From: Pseudomonadota bacterium
GTDB taxonomy: Bacteria > Pseudomonadota > Gammaproteobacteria > Burkholderiales > JABEVD01
Length of the DNA: 64,000 bases
Direction of reading: 5' to 3'
Assembly (NCBI GenBank): GCA_021802545.1
Contig: JAJZRS010000002.1
Span: 124,546 to 188,545, forward strand
Shown here: piece by piece, positions 57,806-64,000 of the stretch
Position numbering within the stretch: position 1 is the stretch's first letter
Layout: each line of letters begins with the position of its first letter
Notes under the pieces: model-generated
Database searches by the model: none
What the model saw: only the letters and a program-made list of their open reading frames with translations
Told to the model about the DNA's origin: nothing
Translations under genes and position numbers: made by a program

Positions 57806-58984
57806 TTAAGCGCCCTCACGCCTCGCCCCCAACAACATGTCCCGGAAAGCGGAAAACACTTTCTGCATTTGCGGCACCTTGTACGGAAAAATGTCGGCCG
57901 GATCCATGGCATGAACGACCGCGCCGGTGTCGATCTCGAAAACAAGCAATTTTCCGTCGCGGGTCTCTGCGCAATCGATGACCAGGTAGTCGAGTCCCAA
58001 GGCCTCGTGCATGCCCTTGAACGCTTCAGCATGGCGCTTTGCGAAATCCTCGTCGAAATCCTTCATGAAGCGCTCTTCTTCTTCGCGCTTCTGCATGCTT
58101 GCGTTCATGCCTGCGTTGGCATAGTGGATCATCCAGTGGTCGGATATGCCCATGTGGGCGGCAAAGGGCTTCCCGCCAATCAGCACGACGCGGTATTTCC
58201 TGTAAAGACCGTCCTGACTGCGATAGTCGATGAAAGGGGAGACATAGAATTCCGGCTGCGGCATTTCTTCGAGATAGCCTGCAATTTGCTCGATGCTGTC
58301 GATTTTGGCGAGTCCATGCCCGGCATGGGAATCGATGGGTCTTACGATGAACGGGACATCCCGGATACGCTGCAGTGCCTCCCGCTTGACGCGTATCGCC
58401 CCGGGAATGGCGAGCCCAGGAACCTTTGCGAGGAAAAATGGAGCCGATTCCCGCGATGTTTTGAGGATATTGGCTGGACGATTCAGCACCGGGCAGGGCC
58501 AGGATTTGAGCGCCGACCCGAGTTCCTGCAGAACGGGCCTGGTGCCGGTCGATTCCCCGATCGCGACGAAAAGCAGGTCATGCTCGGGAAGCGGAGGGAC
58601 GGGGGGAAGCCCCTCTCCGACATAGAGCATGTAGAGCGAAATGTCCGAGCCTTCGACCAGAAACTCGAGCGGCGTGTTGGTCATCAGATCGCCGGGCGCC
58701 ATGATCGCGAGCAGTCTGACCGCCGGATTCATTGTTGACGGGAGATGATAGAGAATCTCGTTCGAGAGCGCCTGTTTTTGCACGCCGAGCGCAACTTCCT
58801 TGCTGTTTCTCAACTGAAGCAGGATGGAAAGATCCATGAATGCCTCGGCATCTTGCGGATTGGCCTCTGCCCGCTGAATCAGCGCATCGCCTACAGGCGC
58901 AAGGTCGATGCCGTCGAAAGCCATCTTCATCAGCTTGGCAAGACCCATCAGACCTTCACCGCGAATTTCATTGTCCATGCTCAT
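57806..58984 (-). CDS. ATP-grasp ligase-like protein with a helical N-terminal region
   Basis: 392 aa. The C-terminal 220 aa resemble RimK/glutathione-synthetase-type ATP-grasp (FIVRPIDSHAGHGLAKI..., YRVVLIGGKPFAAHM, LVFEIDTGAVVH). Confidence 0.6.
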   Translation of the reverse strand: MSMDNEIRGEGLMGLAKLMKMAFDGIDLAPVGDALIQRAEANPQDAEAFMDLSILLQLRNSKEVALGVQKQALSNEILYHLPSTMNPAVRLLAIMAPGDLMTNTPLEFLVEGSDISLYMLYVGEGLPPVPPLPEHDLLFVAIGESTGTRPVLQELGSALKSWPCPVLNRPANILKTSRESAPFFLAKVPGLAIPGAIRVKREALQRIRDVPFIVRPIDSHAGHGLAKIDSIEQIAGYLEEMPQPEFYVSPFIDYRSQDGLYRKYRVVLIGGKPFAAHMGISDHWMIHYANAGMNASMQKREEEERFMKDFDEDFAKRHAEAFKGMHEALGLDYLVIDCAETRDGKLLVFEIDTGAVVHAMDPADIFPYKVPQMQKVFSAFRDMLLGARREGA

Positions 58985-60410
58985 CCCTTGTCAATGCGTT
59001 TCCGATTTGAAGCGCAGCCTCGACGAACGCATCGATATCTTCAATGCGTGTGCGATGATTCACGATCGCCGCCCGGATGGCCAGCATGCCGTTCAATGTC
59101 GTCGTCGATGGGGCGGCAATGCCGGATTCCTGCAGTCGCGCCACGATTTCCGCATTCACCCTGTCGGATTCATCGCACCGATATCTGAAACAGACGATAT
59201 TGAGCGAGACCGGCGCAAGCAGTTCGAGACGATCTTCCTGATTGATGCGCCTCTCCAGATAGTTCGCCACCTCGCACGTTCCCGAAATCGCCTCACCCAG
59301 TTTTTTCGAACCAAATACCTTGATCGTGAACCATGTCTTGAGCGCCCTGAAACCACGGGAAAGATCCGGGCCGAAATCGCAGGGCCATGGAGAACCGGCG
59401 GCCAGCGCCCTGGACTCGCGCCTCAGGTAGGATTGATTCGACTCGAACGTCCTGAAATGAAGCTCGCCGTTTTTCACCAGGATGAATCCTGCATCATAGG
59501 GCACTTGCCCCCACTTGTGGAAATCGAACGCGATGGAATCTGCGCGCTCGATGCCGGAAAGTCTCTGCGCGACATCGGGAGAAAGCATGCCGAGCGCCCC
59601 TAGGGCACCGTCGACATGGAACCACAGGCCGTGGCGCTTTGCGCAATCGGCGATCCCATCGAGATCGTCGACCGCGCCGGTATTGACTGTCCCCGCCGTC
59701 CCTGCGACGAAGAAAGGTTGAACGCCCGCTTTCTTGTCTTCTACGACCATGGCTTCGAGCGCATCGAGATCCATTTCGAACCGCTCGTTGACAGGGACGA
59801 TCCTGAGCATATCCATCCCCATCCCGGCAAGATCGAAGGATTGCGCGATGCTGCCGTGAGCGCTTGAGGATGCGTACGCGGCCAGATGCGCCTCTCCCAC
59901 CCCTTCCGTACGGACGCGGCTGCCGAAACGCGCCGTTCTCGCCACGAGCAGCGCAATATAATTCGCCATTGAAGTGCCGGTCACGAAAAGACCGCTCGCT
60001 GTCTCCGGAAAACCGAACAACGCGCGCACCCATTTGAGCACCTGCTTCTCGACTTCGATCGGCATCTGGTCCCGCCCGCCCAGATTGGCGTTCATTCCTG
60101 CTGCGAGCATGTCGGCAAGCATGCCTACCGGCGTTCCGCCGCCGTGGACCCATCCCATGAATCCGGGATGCACGTTGCCCGCCGCATAGGGGAGCACGGC
60201 GCGCATGAATATTTCATGCACGCTCTCAAGGGATGCAGCGCCTTCGGGCAAAGGCTCGCCGAACTGTGCACGCGCTTCTTCCGGTATGGGGCGCCAGACG
60301 GGGCGCTCTCGGATGTGCTCGACATAATCGATGATGTCGTCGAGCATGCGGTGCGCATCCTGCCTGAATTTTCCCCAGTCTTCCGGATCGAGCGTAGAGC
60401 GTTTTTCCAT
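58968..60410 (-). CDS. Group II pyridoxal-dependent amino-acid decarboxylase
   Basis: 480 aa with HPGFMGWV, TGTSMANYIAL and the PLP-Lys motif DSIAFDFHKWGQVP. Confidence 0.85.
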   Translation of the reverse strand: MEKRSTLDPEDWGKFRQDAHRMLDDIIDYVEHIRERPVWRPIPEEARAQFGEPLPEGAASLESVHEIFMRAVLPYAAGNVHPGFMGWVHGGGTPVGMLADMLAAGMNANLGGRDQMPIEVEKQVLKWVRALFGFPETASGLFVTGTSMANYIALLVARTARFGSRVRTEGVGEAHLAAYASSSAHGSIAQSFDLAGMGMDMLRIVPVNERFEMDLDALEAMVVEDKKAGVQPFFVAGTAGTVNTGAVDDLDGIADCAKRHGLWFHVDGALGALGMLSPDVAQRLSGIERADSIAFDFHKWGQVPYDAGFILVKNGELHFRTFESNQSYLRRESRALAAGSPWPCDFGPDLSRGFRALKTWFTIKVFGSKKLGEAISGTCEVANYLERRINQEDRLELLAPVSLNIVCFRYRCDESDRVNAEIVARLQESGIAAPSTTTLNGMLAIRAAIVNHRTRIEDIDAFVEAALQIGNALTRDEHGQ

Positions 60411-60572
60411 CGAATCAAATCCATATGGCGTGCCCGTGCTTGCCGAAAGGCCTGGGGCACTGCCTGATCATAACACGCCATTGCTTTCGATTCCCCATTC
60501 GGTTATCTTGAAACTGTCGGCCTCCATGCCTTTTACGGCATCCCCGCCGGATACTTCAGCACGAGGAATCCA

Positions 60573-61001
60573 TTGGATTTTGAAAAAAGCTTGAAAGACA
60601 GGCTCGATCCCTTGCAATACCACGTCACGCAGGAATGCGGGACCGAACCGCCATTTTCGAATGCCTACTGGGACAACAAGCGCCCCGGGATTTACGTCGA
60701 CATCGTCTCGGGCGCGCCGCTCTTCAGTTCGCTGGACAAGTTCGATTCCGGAACGGGATGGCCGAGCTTCACGAAGCCGCTGGATGAGGGAAATCTCGTT
60801 CTCAAAACCGACCATTCGCATTTCATGACCCGTACCGAGGTCAGAAGCAGCCTCAGTCATCTCGGCCACGTGTTCGATGACGGCCCGGCGCCTACCGGCA
60901 AGCGCTACTGCATCAATTCAGCCTCGCTGCGCTTCGTTCCGCTTGAAGACATGGAGAAGGCGGGTTACGGGAAATACCTCGAGCGCTTCGCGAAGAAATA
61001 A
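60573..61001 (+). CDS. msrB: Peptide-methionine (R)-S-oxide reductase
   Basis: TTG start. [21 protein letters not shown] and the catalytic RYCINS are present. It lacks the CxxC zinc pairs. Confidence 0.9.
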   Translation: MDFEKSLKDRLDPLQYHVTQECGTEPPFSNAYWDNKRPGIYVDIVSGAPLFSSLDKFDSGTGWPSFTKPLDEGNLVLKTDHSHFMTRTEVRSSLSHLGHVFDDGPAPTGKRYCINSASLRFVPLEDMEKAGYGKYLERFAKK

Positions 61002-61118
61002 ATCCACCCGCTTAATTCCACGATAATCTTCCTGGATTACCATTCTCCTGCTGCCAGTCGACGATCCAATACGTCTCGAATGGCTCGCCTTCACAACCTC
61101 TACAAGAAGGAAATTGAA

Positions 61119-61655
61119 ATGAAAAAAGCGATTGCTGTTGCACTTCTTTCCATCGCCACCGCCCCGGCCTTTGCCGACAGCGGGTTTTATATCGGCGGCA
61201 CGCTTGGGCGCGCCAGCACAAAAAGCTTCGGAACAACCCTGACCAGCTCCTCCGCCTCGGTTTACGGCGGTATAGTCGGCTATCAGCTCAACCAGAATTT
61301 CGGGATAGAAGCGCAATATACCGGGGCAGGGAAATTTTCCACCGCCACCATGAGCGGCAAGAGCGATGTTCTCGCCCTTGATGCCGTCGGCAGCATGCCT
61401 GTTTCGGACAGCCTTTCCCTCTACGGCAAAATCGGCGTGGGCAACTCCAAGACCAAGGTTTCCGATACTACGGCAACCTATCAAAACGCCAGCCGCACTG
61501 CGGCCACCTATGGTCTTGGCGTCCAGTACGCCGCCACGCCGAATGTCGGCATCCGCTTCGGCTGGGACAGGTACGGCTCGGCGATCAGCAACGCCGGCGT
61601 CAAAACCAACTTCAATTCCAATGTCTGGGCAGCCGGCGTCGTCTACGGATTCTGA
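61119..61655 (+). CDS. Small outer-membrane beta-barrel protein (OmpA-beta/opacity-like)
   Basis: The start was moved to MKKAIAVALLSIATAPAFA (RBS aGAAGGAaattgaaATG). The body has alternating beta-strand patterns and ends in a C-terminal YGF. Confidence 0.8.
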   Translation: MKKAIAVALLSIATAPAFADSGFYIGGTLGRASTKSFGTTLTSSSASVYGGIVGYQLNQNFGIEAQYTGAGKFSTATMSGKSDVLALDAVGSMPVSDSLSLYGKIGVGNSKTKVSDTTATYQNASRTAATYGLGVQYAATPNVGIRFGWDRYGSAISNAGVKTNFNSNVWAAGVVYGF

Positions 61656-61661
61656 TCGACA

Positions 61662-62588
61662 TCAGTTTGCAGGGAAATTTCCCGGGATCAGCATTTCCTG
61701 GGAAATTTCCAGTCTCAAAATCAAACTCCTGAGTTCTCGCAGTGCCTCGCTCTGGATCTGACGTATCCGTTCACGGGTCAATTCCAGGCTCTTCGCTATC
61801 TCGTCGAGCGTTTCGATTTCGTTGCCGTTAAACCCATAGCGCCGCTCGATAACCAGCCTGTGCTTCTCGGTGAGTCTGCCCAGCCAATCGTTCACAAGCT
61901 TCTCCATTTCTGCATTCTCGATCAGCAAATCAGGCGGCAAATTGTGGTCGTCTGGAATGGATTCACCGATGGAGAGCATGGGGTCGATGTCCAATGGCGC
62001 GTCCAGGGAAAGCATTTTCTCGTTCTGGTGTATCACCCATTGCACCTCTTCCCGGGTCATGCCGGTATTGCGCGCAATCTTCTCGACATTCGCATCGTCA
62101 CCATGCGACTCAAGCTCATGGATGACGCGCAGGATGAGGTTGATGTCCTTCACGACATGCACGGGTAGACGTATGGTTCTCGACTGGTTCATGATCGCCC
62201 GCTCGATGTTCTGCCGGATCCACCATGTGGCATAGGTCGAGAATCGGTATCCCAGTTCGGGGTCGAATTTCTCAAGGGCATGGATCAGCCCAAGATTTCC
62301 CTCCTCGATCAGATCGAGCAAGGCGACGCCCCGATTGACATAATGCCTGGCGATTTTCACCACGAGTCTGAGGTTATGCTCGATCATTTTCTGCCGAGCG
62401 TCGAAATCCCCCAGTTTCACGGCTCTGGTCAGGAGTAGTTCCTCGTCTGCTTTCAGCAGAGGCCTTTTCCTGATCTCGTTGAAATAGATCTGTATCGCAT
62501 CAAATACCGGGTCTTCCGTTGTGTCCACATGCACTTCTTCGACATGCGCTTGTTCGTCCGTGGACAAGTCTTCTGTATTGGAGATCAT
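61662..62588 (-). CDS. rpoS: RNA polymerase sigma factor, RpoS-like (group 2 sigma70)
   Basis: The start was moved to MISNTEDL (RBS aGAAGGGAaatcATG). Regions 1.2-4.2 are present ([43 protein letters not shown]). Confidence 0.85.
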   Translation of the reverse strand: MISNTEDLSTDEQAHVEEVHVDTTEDPVFDAIQIYFNEIRKRPLLKADEELLLTRAVKLGDFDARQKMIEHNLRLVVKIARHYVNRGVALLDLIEEGNLGLIHALEKFDPELGYRFSTYATWWIRQNIERAIMNQSRTIRLPVHVVKDINLILRVIHELESHGDDANVEKIARNTGMTREEVQWVIHQNEKMLSLDAPLDIDPMLSIGESIPDDHNLPPDLLIENAEMEKLVNDWLGRLTEKHRLVIERRYGFNGNEIETLDEIAKSLELTRERIRQIQSEALRELRSLILRLEISQEMLIPGNFPAN

Positions 62589-62781
62589 GATTTCCCTTCT
62601 TTGCTCGCACCGTTCATGGAAGATTCTAGGGTAGTTCGAATACGTACACAATGTTATGGATCAAATCTAAACTTACACCCCCTCTATTTGCCCCTATTAG
62701 AGTGAAGAGCATACCTCAAAGTTCTGACCATTTCCTGGTTGCCGCAAAACCCTTTTCAAAGCATTTGAATTCTGCAACAAT

Positions 62782-62800
62782 AAGAACCATTCTCATTCTC
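62782..62800. promoter_or_regulatory. Fur-box-like site upstream of feoA
   Basis: The reverse strand reads GAGAATGAGAATGGTTCTT, which matches GATAATGATAATCATTATC at about 13/19 by eye. It ends 10 nt before the feoA ATG. Confidence 0.35.
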
Positions 62801-62810
62801 GATATTGTCG

Positions 62811-63044
62811 ATGACTATCATCAAACTTTCAAACCTGACGCAGGGCGAGTCCGGCGTGATCGCAGCGTTGCACACGGAAGGCGATCTTTACCACAGGCTC
62901 GCTGCCATGGGCTTCCGCATCGGCAAGCGGGTCGAGATCCTCAGGCTTGGCCGGTTCTCCGGCCCGCTCCATTTGCGCATCGGAACCACTGATCTCATGC
63001 TGAGACGCAATGACGCAAGCAAAATCGACGTGACCCAGGAATGA
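62811..63044 (+). CDS. feoA: Ferrous iron transport protein A
   Basis: 77 aa from the ATG at 62811. L..L..GESGVIAAL...LAAMGFRIGKRVEIL is typical FeoA. Confidence 0.88.
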   Translation: MTIIKLSNLTQGESGVIAALHTEGDLYHRLAAMGFRIGKRVEILRLGRFSGPLHLRIGTTDLMLRRNDASKIDVTQE

Positions 63045-64000
63045 AGCGCATTGCCATTCTGGGGATGCCCAATACGGGCAAATCCACTTTCTTCAACCGG
63101 ATCACAGGCGCGTCTTCAAGAACCGGCAACTGGCCGGGCGTGACGGTCGATCTGCTGGGCTCGAAGGTGCTGATCGGGTCAAGCATGGTTGAAATCGTGG
63201 ATCTTCCCGGGATCTACGATCTTCACGGTTTTTCAGAAGACGAGCAGGTGGTGCGCCATTTTCTGGAGAACAACAGCGTCGATGCCGTGCTGATCATTCT
63301 CAATGCATCCCAGATCGAGCGGCAGCTCTCCCTGGTGCTTCAGATCAAGCAACTCGGGCTTCCCGCCATGCTGCTCCTCAACATGGCGGACGAAGCCAAG
63401 AAATTCGGCATCACCGTCGATGCGGAAAAGATGGCCGACTTGCTCGATCTTCCCGTTCAGCTCATGAGCGCGAAATACGGAAAAGGCTACAAGGAGGCAC
63501 GCAGCCTGCTCGAAAGAATGCTGAATGAAAGCAGCCCGTTGAGGCTCGAGGATCTGCAGGCGAAGCTCTCCCAGTACGACAGGCTGGAATCCGAAATGGA
63601 GCATGTGCTGAAAAGCACGGTACAGGTGCCCGTTCAGCTCTCCGACAACCTGACCACGCGACTGGACAGCCTTCTCCTCCATCCCTGGCTGGGGTTGCCG
63701 CTTTTTTTCTTCGTGATGTATCTCACCTTCCAGGCGATATTCCTGTTCGGCAAACCGCTCCAGGATGGCGTCGCTTGGCTGCTCGACGCTTTCAGGCACG
63801 CAGCCCTAGAGCCGCTGCTTTCCGCTCTGCCTGCATTTGCCAAGGGATTGTTGCTCGACGGCATTTACAATGGCCTGGGGACGGTGGCCACGTTCGTGCC
63901 CATCATCATTTTGTTCTTCCTGTTCATGGCCATCATCGAAGATACCGGCTATCTTTCCAGGGCGGCGTTTCTGATGGATGCGCTGATGTCGCGTCTTGGG
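63041..64000 (+). CDS. feoB: Ferrous iron transporter FeoB (5' part; continues past the window end)
   Basis: ATGA overlap with feoA. G-domain motifs GMPNTGKST and DLPG (in DLPGIYDL) are present, followed by the start of the membrane domain. The frame is open to position 64000. Confidence 0.92.
   Translation, partial: MKRIAILGMPNTGKSTFFNRITGASSRTGNWPGVTVDLLGSKVLIGSSMVEIVDLPGIYDLHGFSEDEQVVRHFLENNSVDAVLIILNASQIERQLSLVLQIKQLGLPAMLLLNMADEAKKFGITVDAEKMADLLDLPVQLMSAKYGKGYKEARSLLERMLNESSPLRLEDLQAKLSQYDRLESEMEHVLKSTVQVPVQLSDNLTTRLDSLLLHPWLGLPLFFFVMYLTFQAIFLFGKPLQDGVAWLLDAFRHAALEPLLSALPAFAKGLLLDGIYNGLGTVATFVPIIILFFLFMAIIEDTGYLSRAAFLMDALMSRLG

Noticed and set aside
57772-58032. An N-terminal extension of the class V-like PLP ORF (track ORF 56377-58032), Cys/Arg-rich
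   Set aside because: It overlaps the 3' end of the ATP-grasp gene in another frame and looks non-protein-like. I chose the first ATG after the upstream stop (57771). A GTG at 57819 remains a minor alternative.
61662-61725. A repeated, palindromic ggaaatttccc motif (two copies about 30 nt apart) at the omp/rpoS junction
   Set aside because: Both copies lie inside the rpoS 3' coding sequence (...[15 protein letters not shown]). They are most simply a coding coincidence or a weak hairpin. There is no T-tract, and I found no other copies.

Overview
Dense, mostly core-chromosome window with about 65 protein genes. I saw no rRNA, tRNA, CRISPR array, integrase or transposase. Gene content and order suggest a betaproteobacterium: divergent glnE/yhdP, recA-recX-alaS, ppa-ribBA-ribH-nusB-thiL-pgpA-cinA, hpnD-hpnE, ilvE-zf-waaF, rpoS and feoAB. 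All function calls come from reading motifs in the supplied translations and the DNA; no database search was run. Several ORF-track starts were moved to internal starts where an RBS, stop/start coupling (ATGA, GTGA, TGATG) or a recognisable family N-terminus supported it. Six things stand out.
1. A 293-bp TA-flanked inverted-repeat element (47100-47392) sits exactly between two convergent genes. Its ends supply part of both stop codons, and its interior folds as a three-way junction.
2. An uncharacterised three-gene operon at 56377-60410 encodes a group II PLP decarboxylase, an ATP-grasp ligase and a class V-like PLP enzyme.
3. c-di-GMP components are unusually dense. They include an MCP-PilZ fusion, an HD-GYP gene followed by two tandem EAL-HDOD paralogs at the end of an LPS/sugar-precursor gene chain, a YcgR-like protein, and a GAF-PAS3-GGDEF cyclase.
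4. A soluble Ser/Thr kinase is fused to HDOD and GAF domains.
5. A REC-TPR response regulator is coupled to a 200-aa sensorless histidine kinase.
6. Smaller candidates include a promoter-to-terminator sRNA unit, a 60-aa Cys/His-rich membrane peptide, an operator-like palindrome in front of an orphan KamA-family radical SAM gene, and a MarR-CDGSH-YceI operon with an internal promoter flanked by direct repeats.
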